64,000 nt of DNA from Planctomycetia bacterium (GCA_021414115.1 JAIOPD010000106.1:24147-88146), one strand, 5' to 3'; positions 18,201-27,368 are shown, counted from the stretch's first letter. Notes: generated by a model not told the origin, from the sequence alone. Numbers and translations: made by a program.

Positions 18201-19121
18201 TTACCTGGTTTCTGCTCGTACCGCCGTGGCGGTGATCGTGGCGTCGCCCTCGAGGGCCATGCCGTCGGCGCCGGTCATGCGGACGATCACGCGGACGTGA
18301 TCGCCCGCTGGCGGCGCCGCCGTCCAACGCAGCGGGAAGTGCATGCCACGCAGCCGGGTCGTGCGGCGGAAACGAGCGGCGGCCTGCTCCGCGGGAATGG
18401 TCCACGTTGCGAGCGGCGTCGCGGGGTCGGCGGCGTCGAAGACAGTGATCGACACGGCGGCCTGCGCGGCCACGAGTTTCTCGTCCGCGTCGCGGGGCTC
18501 GAACGTGACGTTGATGCCGTCGCTCCGGCCGTCGCCGTTGTCGTCGAAGCAGCCGGTCGTGGTGGTGGTGACGACGAGCCGGACTGGCCGTCCGTCCGAG
18601 AGCGGCTGGTCGTATGACACCGGGACGGCCACCGGTGTCGCTGGCGGCGCAGCTGCGCCGCTGGGTGCCGGCAGCGACAACGGGCTCGGATCGGTCGTCG
18701 AGGTGGGCGTCGCCGGCAGCGGCGGAATGTTGTCGAGGGCGGGTGGCGCGAGGCCCCCTCGCGGCGCCGCCGCGGGGGCGCGGATGGCCTCGGGGATTTC
18801 GATGGCCGGCGGCACGGCGACGGGCGCGGGCACGGCGGCGGGCCGTGATCGGCCCGCCCGTGATCCCTTCAACGGATCAGCCTCCGTCACGCCCAGCTGC
18901 CGCCGCAGACTCGCGTTCTCCACGGCGACGGAGTCGAGCCGCGCACACTTGTCCTGGAGGTCGTCCTGCAGTTGGTAGATCTGGTCTTCCTGGTAGCGGA
19001 GTTCCCGCTCCAGCAACTGCTGGTTGAGGTCGCTCTTGCAGCCGGCAAGCGCGAGACAGCAGACGAGCGCCACGCAGGGAATGCGATCCCCGCGCGGCCC
19101 GAGCGTTTCCTGTGACAGCAT
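18201..19121 (-). CDS. lipoprotein with N-terminal coiled coil, Pro/Ala-rich linker and C-terminal beta domain; function unknown
   Basis: Lipobox CCLALAGC, then LNQQLLERELRYQEDQIYQLQDDLQDKCARLDSVAVENASLRRQL, a proline-rich stretch and a C-terminal globular part. Convergent with gap (10-nt gap). Confidence 0.5.
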   Translation of the reverse strand: MLSQETLGPRGDRIPCVALVCCLALAGCKSDLNQQLLERELRYQEDQIYQLQDDLQDKCARLDSVAVENASLRRQLGVTEADPLKGSRAGRSRPAAVPAPVAVPPAIEIPEAIRAPAAAPRGGLAPPALDNIPPLPATPTSTTDPSPLSLPAPSGAAAPPATPVAVPVSYDQPLSDGRPVRLVVTTTTTGCFDDNGDGRSDGINVTFEPRDADEKLVAAQAAVSITVFDAADPATPLATWTIPAEQAAARFRRTTRLRGMHFPLRWTAAPPAGDHVRVIVRMTGADGMALEGDATITATAVRAETR

Positions 19122-19241
19122 TGACGCGCCTCCTTGCGCCTCGACGGGCCGCCGGCCCGAAGGCCGCCGACCACACTGCTTCCCAGTTCGATCCGAATCC
19201 GTTGAGCCGTTCTCCCGGTTCTGCCGTCGCCCCAGATGCCG

Positions 19242-19844
19242 CTAGCCGGCGGCCTTGGGGGTGGGCATGCGGTCGATCACCTCGTCGATCAGCCGATAGT
19301 CCCGCGCTTCCTGCGCCGACATAAACCGATCACGGTCCGTGTCCTGCTCGATCTTTTCCAGGGGATGCCCGGTGTGCTTGAGCAGGATGCCGTTGAGCTT
19401 GTGCTTGATGTTCTTGAATTCCTTGGCGTGGATCATGATCTCCTCCGCCGTGCCCTCCATGCCGGCGAGCGGCTGGTGGATCATGATCCGGGCGTTGGGC
19501 AGGGCCCGTCGCTTCCCCGGGGCACCAGCCGCCAGGAGCACGGCGCCCATCGAGGCCGCCTGACCGATGCAGTACGTGGCCACGTCGCAGGTCACGAACT
19601 GCATGGTGTCGTAGATGGCCAGCCCTGCCGTCACGCTCCCGCCCGGCGAGTTGATGTAGAGATGGATGTCGCTCTTGGGATCGTCCGACTGCAGGAAGAG
19701 CAGCTGTGCGACGATGGCATTGGCCATCTCGTCGTTGACCTGCGTGCCCAGGAACACGATGCGGTCCTTGAGCAGGCGGCTGTAGATGTCCATCGCCCGC
19801 TCTTCGCGGCCGCTCTTCTCGATGACATAGGGAATCAGGGGCAT
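19242..19844 (-). CDS. clpP: ATP-dependent Clp protease proteolytic subunit (paralog 1)
   Basis: [10 protein letters not shown]..., catalytic [11 protein letters not shown] (Ser), MIHQP (His) and [10 protein letters not shown] (Asp). Confidence 0.95.
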   Translation of the reverse strand: MPLIPYVIEKSGREERAMDIYSRLLKDRIVFLGTQVNDEMANAIVAQLLFLQSDDPKSDIHLYINSPGGSVTAGLAIYDTMQFVTCDVATYCIGQAASMGAVLLAAGAPGKRRALPNARIMIHQPLAGMEGTAEEIMIHAKEFKNIKHKLNGILLKHTGHPLEKIEQDTDRDRFMSAQEARDYRLIDEVIDRMPTPKAAG

Positions 19845-19884
19845 GGCGTGGGCTCTCTGGGGCGTGCGGCGGCGGGGCTCGAGG

Positions 19885-20541
19885 TTAGTCCTTCTCCTGC
19901 TCGTCGGCCACGACGGGCGGCTTGGTCAGCACCTCGTCGACGAGGCCGTATTCCTTCGCCTCCGTGGCGGACAAATAACGGTCGCGGTCGGTGTCTTTCT
20001 CGATCCGGTCGATTGGCTGGCCGGTATGGTTCGCGAGGATTTCGTTGAGCACCGCCCTGGTCTTGATGATCTCGTCGGCCTGGATCTCGATGTCGCTCAC
20101 CTGCCCGCCGACCTGGCCATAGGGCTGATGGATCATCACCTTGGCGTGCGGGAGCACAAACCGCTTCCCCTTGGCGCCGCCGGCGAGGAGCACCGCTCCG
20201 CCGCTGGCCGCGAGACCGACGCAGTAGGTGGCGACGGGGCACGAAAGGATCTGCATCGTGTCGTAGATCGCCATCGTGGCCGTGACGCTGCCGCCCGGCG
20301 AGTTGATGTAGAAGTGGATGTCCTTGCGGCGGTTTTCGCTCTGCAGATAGAGCAGCTTCATCACCAGCTCGTTGGCGTTGCCGTCGTAGATCTCGCCCTG
20401 CAGCAGGATGATCCGGTTTTCGAGCAGAAGGTCGCCGAGCGTCATCTGCCGCTGCCGCTGATAGTCGCGGTAGGCGGAGGAAGCGGAGACGTGCAGCGGC
20501 GAAGCAAGAGGCGTGTCGTGGCGGGCCATAGAGTTGATCAT
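19885..20541 (-). CDS. clpP: ATP-dependent Clp protease proteolytic subunit (paralog 2, about 30-aa N-terminal extension)
   Basis: [16 protein letters not shown] and [10 protein letters not shown], so the triad looks intact. An alternative ATG at 20529 is possible. Confidence 0.9.
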   Translation of the reverse strand: MINSMARHDTPLASPLHVSASSAYRDYQRQRQMTLGDLLLENRIILLQGEIYDGNANELVMKLLYLQSENRRKDIHFYINSPGGSVTATMAIYDTMQILSCPVATYCVGLAASGGAVLLAGGAKGKRFVLPHAKVMIHQPYGQVGGQVSDIEIQADEIIKTRAVLNEILANHTGQPIDRIEKDTDRDRYLSATEAKEYGLVDEVLTKPPVVADEQEKD

Positions 20542-20582
20542 GGGGGAGGTCGGGATGGATGGCCCGCGCGGGGCCCCGGGCT

Positions 20583-22073
20583 CTAGCCGCGCGTGCCCGG
20601 CCGGGCGCCGGGTTCGGCTTGGGTCGCAATCGGAATCTCCTCCTCGCCCACGACGGAGCCACAGACGGCATGGTCGATGGCCTCGGCGTCGGCGCGGCCG
20701 AACTCGAACGGCGTGTCCTTGAAGGAAGCCTGCGAGGTGATCAGGTCGATCGTCTTCCGCTCGATGATCTGGTTGCGGAGCACGTCCATGAGCCCCCGTC
20801 GCTCGAGGCTCGCCCGCACGCGGCGGGGCGGCTCGCCCGACTGGGCCGCCACGGCGCGGATCTCCTCGTCATAATCGGCCGCCGTATCGGCGATCCCCTC
20901 GTCTTCGGCGATCCGTTCGAGAATGAAGTGCTCCTTGAGCGCCCGCGCGGTGCTCGCCATGACGGTCTGACGAAGTTCGTTGACGTAGCGGCGGATCGAA
21001 TCGTCGTCGAAACCGCTACGACGCAGTTCGAGAATCGCCCGTTCGAGTTCCCGCTGGGCCTGACGCCGCAGCAGGGCCGGGGGCAACTCCCACGAGGCGG
21101 AGGCGGTGAGGGCGCTGGCCACCTGCTGGCGGACCTGCCGCCGCTGGTGCCATTCGAGTTGGCCCTCGAGTTGCTTTCGCACGGCAACCCGCAGCGCGTC
21201 GGCCGACTCGAAGCCGCCGAGTTCCTCGAGCAGGGCCGGCGTCATCTCGGGCAGTTCGAGCCGCTTCACGTCGAGCACCTTGAGCTCCATCGTGATGTCC
21301 TTGCCGCGGACGTCCTCGAGCGCCGCTTCGTCGGAGACTTTGACCGTCGCCGTCACGCTGGTGCCCGGCTTCGACTTGGCCACGAGCTTGGCGAAGCCCG
21401 GCAGTTCGGCGTCGGCGAACGAGAGCTTTTCGCGAACCACGATCTCAGCCTCGTCGGCCTGCGAGAGCACGCGGTCGCCGTCCTTGAAGACCAGGCTGGC
21501 CACGATCAGGTCGCCGAGGGCGGGGACACCGTCATGCGGGACGAAGCGGGCCCGCTCGCGGAGATGGCCGGCGAGCGCCTCGTCGACATCCGCATCGGTG
21601 ATCTCGCGGGCGGGCCGCGAAATCGACAGGCCCTTCCACTTGGGAAGCTCGAACTCCGGGCGAACCTCGATGGAGAATTCGAACGTCATCGGGCCATTAT
21701 CGGGCAGGAGCACGGCGTTGACGTCGAGCTCAGGCTCGCTGATGGGCGAGAGCTTTTGCTGGTCGGAAACCTGCGTCATCGCGGTGGTGAGCAGTTTCGA
21801 TCGGATCTGGTCGGAGAGCTCGCTCTTGAAGCGGCTGCTCACGAGCCGGCGCGGGGCACGTCCGGGACGAAACCCAGGCAGGAAAGCCGTGGGCATGAGT
21901 TCGCCGAGCGCCTCGTCGCGGAAGCGATCGATGTCTTCGCGGGGAATCGTGACCTTCACCCGACGCTGGCAGGTCGAGACGGTGTCGATCGCAACGTCGA
22001 GGTTGAGTGGCTGCGGGAGCCCCTCGGCGGCGGTGTCGGGGCTGGCGACGGCAGTGGAGTCGGACGCTGACAT
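20583..22073 (-). CDS. tig: trigger factor
   Basis: N-terminal ribosome-binding signature LPGFRPGRAPRRLV. The 496-aa length and its position upstream of clpP also fit. Confidence 0.9.
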   Translation of the reverse strand: MSASDSTAVASPDTAAEGLPQPLNLDVAIDTVSTCQRRVKVTIPREDIDRFRDEALGELMPTAFLPGFRPGRAPRRLVSSRFKSELSDQIRSKLLTTAMTQVSDQQKLSPISEPELDVNAVLLPDNGPMTFEFSIEVRPEFELPKWKGLSISRPAREITDADVDEALAGHLRERARFVPHDGVPALGDLIVASLVFKDGDRVLSQADEAEIVVREKLSFADAELPGFAKLVAKSKPGTSVTATVKVSDEAALEDVRGKDITMELKVLDVKRLELPEMTPALLEELGGFESADALRVAVRKQLEGQLEWHQRRQVRQQVASALTASASWELPPALLRRQAQRELERAILELRRSGFDDDSIRRYVNELRQTVMASTARALKEHFILERIAEDEGIADTAADYDEEIRAVAAQSGEPPRRVRASLERRGLMDVLRNQIIERKTIDLITSQASFKDTPFEFGRADAEAIDHAVCGSVVGEEEIPIATQAEPGARPGTRG

Positions 22074-22200
22074 GAACGGTTCCGGAACGGGGTCGTGGGG
22101 AATGGGCTCCCGCCCACAGATGCGTCCCGCGGGAGCGCAGTTCGACGGGAGGGCGGTGACAAACTCGACGTCATCGCGGGGACGACGCTACTTGGGACGA

Positions 22201-22273
22201 AGCGGGTGATGGGATTCGAACCCACGACAACCACGTTGGCAACGTGGTGCTCTACCAACTGAGCTACACCCGC
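22201..22273 (-). tRNA. tRNA-Gly (anticodon GCC), 73 nt, CCA not encoded
   Basis: The reverse complement reads GCGGGTG-TA-GCTC-AGTTGGTA-GAGC-A-CCACG-TTGCCAA-CGTGG-TTGTC-GTGGG-TTCGAAT-CCCAT-CACCCGC-T. This gives a full cloverleaf, a TTCGAAT T-loop and a U discriminator; the next bases are TCG. Confidence 0.9.
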
Positions 22274-22343
22274 GGGCGGCACACGCTGGATGACGAAAAC
22301 CACCGGAAACACCGGCAGACTCGGATCCAGCGGGAGCCCCGCG

Positions 22344-22371
22344 ATTATAGGGGCGGGGCATGCCGCCGCAA
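22344..22371 (-). promoter_or_regulatory. candidate promoter for tRNA-Gly (TTGCGG-N16-TATAAT)
   Basis: A perfect TATAAT (plus-strand attata at 22344-22349) lies about 70 nt upstream of the tRNA 5' end. TTGCGG sits at 22366-22371 with a 16-nt spacer. Motif only. Confidence 0.4.
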
Positions 22372-22518
22372 GGTCACCCTCTGGGTAATCCGGGATTTCT
22401 GGGCAGCGCGGGGAGGAGAGATTGGTCCGGCTGAAAACCGAGGTAAACTAACGCTTTCGACGGCGACGAACCGGCTTCGGCCGCCGTGCTGGCTCGGCGA
22501 CACCTGGGTGATCGTCCC

Positions 22519-23019
22519 ATGGACGTTCGATTCGTCATTCTTTCGGCCACGGGCAAGCATCGCACCACCACCAAGAGCCTTCCCCTGCTTGTGGGACGGT
22601 CGGAGGAGGCGAAGCTCCGCATCGCACAGGACTGCGTCAGCCGTCGGCACTGTCAGTTCCTCGCCAAGGACGACGAGGTCTTCGTCCGCGACCTCGGCTC
22701 GACCAACGGAACGATTCTGGACGGTGAGCGGATCGAGCCGGAGACCGACACGTTCGTCCGTCCCGGCGGTGTGGTCAAGGTCGGCGGCGCCACGTTCCGT
22801 GTCGATTATGGCACTGCTGATACCACGGCCGTCGTGCCGTCGGCGGCGGAAGAGCCGGCGGAAGCAGCGGCGGAGAAGGTGACCGTGCCGATGACGGACG
22901 ATCCACCGCACATCGATGACGCCGCCCAAAGCGACGAGATCGCGTGGCCGCAGTCGGCCGAGGCGGCTCAGCCGCCCAGCGAAGGTGATCTCGGCGACTT
23001 CTTCAAGAGCCTTTCATGA
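22519..23019 (+). CDS. FHA domain-containing protein with acidic/Ala-rich C-terminal tail
   Basis: ATG at 22519 (MDVRFVILS...; an upstream GTG at 22486 is possible). FHA core LLVGRSEEAKLRIAQDCVSRRHCQF...VRDLGSTNGTILDGERI. The stop overlaps the panB start by 4 nt. Confidence 0.75.
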   Translation: MDVRFVILSATGKHRTTTKSLPLLVGRSEEAKLRIAQDCVSRRHCQFLAKDDEVFVRDLGSTNGTILDGERIEPETDTFVRPGGVVKVGGATFRVDYGTADTTAVVPSAAEEPAEAAAEKVTVPMTDDPPHIDDAAQSDEIAWPQSAEAAQPPSEGDLGDFFKSLS

Positions 23020-23846
23020 CCAGCCCGCCACGCTCGCCGGCGGGCACGAACGCGACGCCGCGGCGGGTCACCGTCCTCGATCTCGCCGCTGCCCGGAGTG
23101 CATCCCGGCCGATCTCGATGGTGACGGCCTACGACTGGCCCACCGGACGGCTGGCCGACGAGGCAGGCGTCGATTGCGTGCTCGTCGGGGACAGCGTGGC
23201 GATGGTCATCGCGGGGCGGTCGTCCACGATCCCCGCGACGCTCGAGCAGATGATCTACCACGGCGAGATCGTGTCTCGGGCCACGACCCGGGCGATGGTC
23301 GTCGTCGACCTACCCTTCCCTTTCCAGCATCTGGGCGTGCGGGCAGCGGTGGAGAGCTGCGCCCGGATCCTCAAGGAAACGGGTTGTCAGGCCGTCAAGC
23401 TCGAGGGCACCGCGGGGCAGGCCGACGTGATCGCTGGCATCGTGGCTGCGGGGATCCCCGTGATGGGCCACGTGGGTCTCCGGCCGCAGGCGGTGCATCA
23501 GCTCGGCGGCTATCGGCTCCAACGCGATCAGGATCGGCTCATGGCGGATGCGCGGGCCGCCGCTGACTCCGGGGCGTTTGCCGTGGTGCTCGAATGCATC
23601 CCCCGGTCGGTCGCCGCTGCGATCACCGCCGCCCTCGCGGTGCCCACGATCGGCATCGGCGCAGGACCCGAATGCGACGGTCAGGTGCTCGTGATGCATG
23701 ATCTCGTGGGCCTCTCGCCCGACCGCGTGCCGCGCTTCGTGCGATCCTACGCCGACGCGAAGCAGACGATCGGTGACGCGGTCGCGCGGTGGCGGGCCGA
23801 CGTAGAGCGTCGGGAGTTTCCCGGTCCCGACGAGACGCTCGGGTAG
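23016..23846 (+). CDS. panB: 3-methyl-2-oxobutanoate hydroxymethyltransferase
   Basis: MVTAYDWPTGRLADEAGVDCVLVGDSVAMV..., AVKLEG, PVMGHVGLRPQ, ECIP, PTIGIGAGPECDGQVLV. Confidence 0.95.
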   Translation: MTSPPRSPAGTNATPRRVTVLDLAAARSASRPISMVTAYDWPTGRLADEAGVDCVLVGDSVAMVIAGRSSTIPATLEQMIYHGEIVSRATTRAMVVVDLPFPFQHLGVRAAVESCARILKETGCQAVKLEGTAGQADVIAGIVAAGIPVMGHVGLRPQAVHQLGGYRLQRDQDRLMADARAAADSGAFAVVLECIPRSVAAAITAALAVPTIGIGAGPECDGQVLVMHDLVGLSPDRVPRFVRSYADAKQTIGDAVARWRADVERREFPGPDETLG

Positions 23847-23867
23847 CCTTCGTCCCGCGGCCGAGGA

Positions 23868-24293
23868 TCAGGGAATCACGACCTCGTCCGAAATCACGAC
23901 CGGCTTGCCGGCCGTGACGCCGGCGGGTGTCGGCAGGGCAACGCCCGCAGACGGTCCCGGCGATCCGCCCGGGCCCATCGGCACCGAGACGCCGGCCGGC
24001 ATGCCCCCTTCGATCACCGCCCCCTGACCTTCGCACGAGTTGCAGCCCGACGCGGCCGGAGCCGATTCGCAGCAGGCTCCCTGCTGCTGGCCGCAGACGC
24101 GGGGTGGCGCCGCGGCCGGCATGGCTGCCCCCGGCGGAGTGAACCCCGGCGGGAGATGCCCGAAGCACTTCTCGTACTTCCAGACCTCGAGCGCGATGTA
24201 GCGCTCGTTCAGCGACTTGCAGCCGCTCGTGGCCGCGATCGCCATCACCGCCGCCGACGCGAGCAGTCGTCGGCTCCAGTCCTGTGCACGCAT
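23868..24293 (-). CDS. small Cys/Pro/Gly/Ala-rich lipoprotein (141 aa)
   Basis: Lipobox AATSGC. Cys cluster VCGQQQGACCESAPAASGCNSCEGQGAVIEGGMPAGVSVPMGPGG. Shares a CCE...EGGM...VP tail pattern with 29794-30084. Confidence 0.5.
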   Translation of the reverse strand: MRAQDWSRRLLASAAVMAIAATSGCKSLNERYIALEVWKYEKCFGHLPPGFTPPGAAMPAAAPPRVCGQQQGACCESAPAASGCNSCEGQGAVIEGGMPAGVSVPMGPGGSPGPSAGVALPTPAGVTAGKPVVISDEVVIP

Positions 24294-24515
24294 CGCTCCG
24301 TCTCCTCGGGTGGCCTCCGGTGCCCGCTCCTGCGGGCATGAGTCCTGCCCGAACTGTTCGGTCCGGACGGAAGCCTCGAAACCCTACCCCACGTGGGCGG
24401 CGCGGCAAGAAAATCGCACGGAGGGACAGCGCGGCAAAAGCCGATTCGTGGAAACCTGTGACGATCCTGCCGGAGGCAGGATGCCGGCCGGCGGGGAAGC
24501 GACCCTCGGCCGGCG

Positions 24516-24534
24516 TGACGCAGGGGCTGCGTCA
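24516..24534 (-). terminator. GC-rich hairpin overlapping the stop codon of the 29-codon ORF (8-bp stem, 3-nt loop)
   Basis: Plus strand tgacgcag-ggg-ctgcgtca. A second perfect 8-bp/3-nt hairpin lies at 24464-24482 (atcctgcc-gga-ggcaggat). There is no U tract, so terminator function is uncertain. Confidence 0.25.
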
Positions 24535-24621
24535 GCCCTTGCGGTGGCGGATGCGGGCGCGCATGCGACGCTTTTTCTGGCCCAGTTTGCGTCGCCCTTT
24601 GCCCGTTTTCTTAACACCCAT
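24532..24621 (-). CDS. 29-aa extremely basic peptide (MGVKKTGKGRRKLGQKKRRMRARIRHRKG), possibly ribosome-associated
   Basis: Not in the ORF track because it is too short. ATG (cat at 24619-24621) is preceded by GGAG with 8-nt spacing, and the TGA lies at 24532-24534. 15 of 29 residues are K/R, and most third positions are G/C as in neighbouring genes. The stop codon is embedded in a hairpin. Confidence 0.45.
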   Translation of the reverse strand: MGVKKTGKGRRKLGQKKRRMRARIRHRKG

Positions 24622-24682
24622 TCGCTGTCTCCACGTGCCGGTCGGCCGGATGGCGGCCGAGATCAACGTGGAAGGTTGTAAG

Positions 24683-25759
24683 ATGGGCCGCGGTCGGTTT
24701 CAAGCGCTCCCCCGGCACGCCTCCTCCGGCATGATTGTCTTCTTCCCCACCTACGCGCGGCGCACCGCAGCCGGCTGGACCGCCACGGTCGCCGGCATGG
24801 TCACCCGTCCGCTCCCCGAACGCAGTCGCCGGCGGGTCTTGGCGGTGGCCGTCCTGCGGCGACTGCTCGACCTGGACGACACGCAGGTCGAGTCCGACGT
24901 CTTTCGGCGCCGGGCCGAGGTGTTTCTCTTCCGGCGGCTGGCGGGCGAGCGCATCCGCATCGCGCTCGGCGACCGCGTGATCGACGCGGGGATGTCCGAT
25001 CGCAGCGGTCATTTCCAGGCGCGGGTCGAGTTTGACGGCGGGTTCGCGGCGGACCTCACGCGGCCGCGCTCGGCCGGCGGAATGACGTTGGACTACACGG
25101 GCACTTCCGTCCACGGCGACCCCGACCACGAGCCGGCGGTCACGTCGACCGGACATATTCATTTGGTCGAAGACACCGGCACGTCGGTGATTTCCGACAT
25201 CGACGACACCGTGAAGTTCACGAACGTCGCCGATCGGCGGGAACTGCTCCGCAACACGCTCGTTCGCGAGTTCACGGCGGTGGAGGGCATGGCCGAGGTC
25301 TACCGGCGGTGGCAGGATGCCGGTGTGGCGTTCCATTACGTGTCGTCGAGTCCGTGGCAACTATCCGATTGTCTCTGCCGCTTCCTCGGTGCGGCGGGGC
25401 TGCCCGAGGGTTCGATGCACCTCAAGCTCTTCCGCCTCAAGGACTCGACGCCGCTGGGCCGGCTGCCGTCGCGAAAGCGTTCGAAGCGGCGGACGATCGA
25501 GCAGATCATGGATGACTTTCCCTCCCGCCGGTTCGTCCTCGTCGGTGATTCGGGCGAGCGCGACCCGGAGGTCTATGCGGCGGTGGCCCGTCGTCGTCCG
25601 GAACAGGTGGCCGGCATCGTCATCCGTGAGGTGCCGGCGAAGGCGTCGCGGGCCAAGGTCCGCGAGCGGCTCGCGAAACTCGCCCGGCGGCTGCCTCCCG
25701 ACAGTTTCACCGTGTTTCAGACACCCGACGAACTGGCCGATCTCCAGCCGGTGCGGTAG
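24683..25759 (+). CDS. App1-like phosphatidate phosphatase family protein (DUF2183, HAD-like DxDxT)
   Basis: VISDIDDTVKFTNV...FHYVSSSPWQL...VLVGDSGERDPEVY. The start is uncertain (ATG at 24683 with an upstream GGAAGG; 24650 or 24731 are also possible). The first about 130 codons of the track ORF are Arg/Pro-rich and were trimmed. Confidence 0.65.
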   Translation: MGRGRFQALPRHASSGMIVFFPTYARRTAAGWTATVAGMVTRPLPERSRRRVLAVAVLRRLLDLDDTQVESDVFRRRAEVFLFRRLAGERIRIALGDRVIDAGMSDRSGHFQARVEFDGGFAADLTRPRSAGGMTLDYTGTSVHGDPDHEPAVTSTGHIHLVEDTGTSVISDIDDTVKFTNVADRRELLRNTLVREFTAVEGMAEVYRRWQDAGVAFHYVSSSPWQLSDCLCRFLGAAGLPEGSMHLKLFRLKDSTPLGRLPSRKRSKRRTIEQIMDDFPSRRFVLVGDSGERDPEVYAAVARRRPEQVAGIVIREVPAKASRAKVRERLAKLARRLPPDSFTVFQTPDELADLQPVR

Positions 25760-25785
25760 CGGTCTGTTTGACCGAGGTGGGATGG

Positions 25786-26160
25786 TCAGGGTGAATCGAA
25801 GGCGTTCTGGTAGTGTTCGACCACGGGCTTGCCAGCCTCGCTCGCGGCGAACGTCACGGCCACCACGTCGATCCGCACGCTCGCGTCCTGGAGGCGATGC
25901 TTGCGGATGTAGGCGTTGGCCAGATCGGCGATCCGCCGCTGCTTGACGAAGCCCACCGTCTCGGCCGGGTGTCCATGCGAGACGTCGCTCTTGGAGCGGA
26001 CCTCCACGAACACCACCGTCCTGCCGTCGAGGGCCACGATGTCGATGTCGCCGCGGAGCACACGCTCGCGGCGGCCGACGATGCGGTAGCCGAGGCTCCG
26101 AAGGTAGGCCGCCGCCTCGTCCTCGCCGCGGCGGCCGAGCTCGTCGCGGGCAGAGGTCAC
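25786..26160 (-). CDS. yraN: YraN family (UPF0102) predicted endonuclease
   Basis: GRRGEDEAAAYLRSLGYRIVGRRERVLRGDIDIVALDGRTVVFVEVRS... GTG start. Last gene of the ffh-rpsP-trmD-rplS string. Confidence 0.8.
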   Translation of the reverse strand: MTSARDELGRRGEDEAAAYLRSLGYRIVGRRERVLRGDIDIVALDGRTVVFVEVRSKSDVSHGHPAETVGFVKQRRIADLANAYIRKHRLQDASVRIDVVAVTFAASEAGKPVVEHYQNAFDSP

Positions 26161-26177
26161 GGGGAGCGTCCTCGGAT

Positions 26178-26585
26178 TCAGGTGGCGGCGGCAGCCTTTT
26201 TCGCCTTGCCGGCCGGCTTGGTGGCGCCGGTCGTCTCGTCCCGCTTCTCGCGGAGGCGGGTCGACTTGCCGGAGCGGTCGCGGAGGTAATAGAGCTTGGC
26301 TCGCCGCGACACGCCTGAGCGCTTGACCTCGATCTTGGCGATCTTCGGCGAGTGGATCGGGAACTTCCGCTCCACGCCCTCGCCCGCCACGATGCGGCGA
26401 ACCGTGAACATCTCGCGGCTGCCGGCGCCGCTTTTGGCGATCACGACGCCGTTGAAGATCTGCACCCGCTCCTTCTCGCCCTCGAGAATCCGGGTGTGGA
26501 CGTCGACGGTGTCGCCGATCTGGAAGACGGGGACTTCCGACTTGAGACTCGAGGCCTCGACGGCGGCGAGGATCTTGTGGTTCAT
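26178..26585 (-). CDS. rplS: 50S ribosomal protein L19 (Lys/Ala-rich C-terminal extension)
   Basis: [33 protein letters not shown]...FTVRR...[11 protein letters not shown]. Start overlaps the trmD stop by 4 nt. Confidence 0.95.
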   Translation of the reverse strand: MNHKILAAVEASSLKSEVPVFQIGDTVDVHTRILEGEKERVQIFNGVVIAKSGAGSREMFTVRRIVAGEGVERKFPIHSPKIAKIEVKRSGVSRRAKLYYLRDRSGKSTRLREKRDETTGATKPAGKAKKAAAAT

Positions 26586-27298
26586 GATGCGCTCCTTTGG
26601 GGTTGGCTGGTGAGTTGGACGGGATGGGGACGGCCGCGTCGCGCGGTCGCTGCGACGGCCTGTTCGCGCCGCCAGGTCGCGATCCGGCCGTGATCGCCCG
26701 AGAGCAGGATCTCGGGCACTGTGAGGCCGCGGAACTCCCGCGGCCTCGTGTATTGCGGTCCTTCGACGAGTCGGTCGTCGCCGGAAAAAGAGTCTTGTCC
26801 GGCGCTCTCCTCGTGTCCGAGCACGCCAGGAATCAGCCGGGCGACGGCGTCGACGATCACCATCGCGGCCACCTCGCCACCGGAGAGCACGTAGTCGCCG
26901 ATGGAGATCTCGTCGGCGGCGAGCGTCTCACGGATGCGGGCGTCGAAGCCCTCGTAGCGGCCGCAGACGAGGACGATTCGCTCGAGCCGCGAGAGTTCCT
27001 CGACGACGGACTGATCGAGCGGCCGACCGCCGGGCGTGAGGAGCACCGTCCGGCCCGGAGTGGCGCCAGCCGCCTGCACCGACTCCACGCAGGCCACGAC
27101 CGGTCCGGGCATGAGCAGCATGCCAGGGCCGCCGCCGTAGGGTCGGTCGTCGACCTGGCGATGAACGCCCTCGGCAAAGTCGCGGATGTTGGTCAGACGA
27201 ACATCGACCAACCCAGCCTTGCGCGCCGTCCCCAGCAGGCTTCCATCGAGGAAGCCCGTGAACATCTCCGGGAACAGCGTGACGATGTCGATGCGCAT
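26582..27298 (-). CDS. trmD: tRNA (guanine37-N1)-methyltransferase
   Basis: [18 protein letters not shown]...[19 protein letters not shown]...[12 protein letters not shown]...[11 protein letters not shown]. Confidence 0.95.
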   Translation of the reverse strand: MRIDIVTLFPEMFTGFLDGSLLGTARKAGLVDVRLTNIRDFAEGVHRQVDDRPYGGGPGMLLMPGPVVACVESVQAAGATPGRTVLLTPGGRPLDQSVVEELSRLERIVLVCGRYEGFDARIRETLAADEISIGDYVLSGGEVAAMVIVDAVARLIPGVLGHEESAGQDSFSGDDRLVEGPQYTRPREFRGLTVPEILLSGDHGRIATWRREQAVAATARRGRPHPVQLTSQPQRSAS

Positions 27299-27368
27299 GA
27301 CGGGGTCGCGATCGGTCGGCTCATTCGGTCGCCGCGGGACGGGCCCGGCGGCTTCGCCGAACCGGGGA

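Noticed and set aside
22106-22136. 8-bp hairpin (gctcccgc...gcgggagc, 15-nt loop) between tRNA-Gly and tig
   Set aside because: It could be a tRNA terminator, but it has no U tract and a large loop. Such GC hairpins are frequent in this composition.
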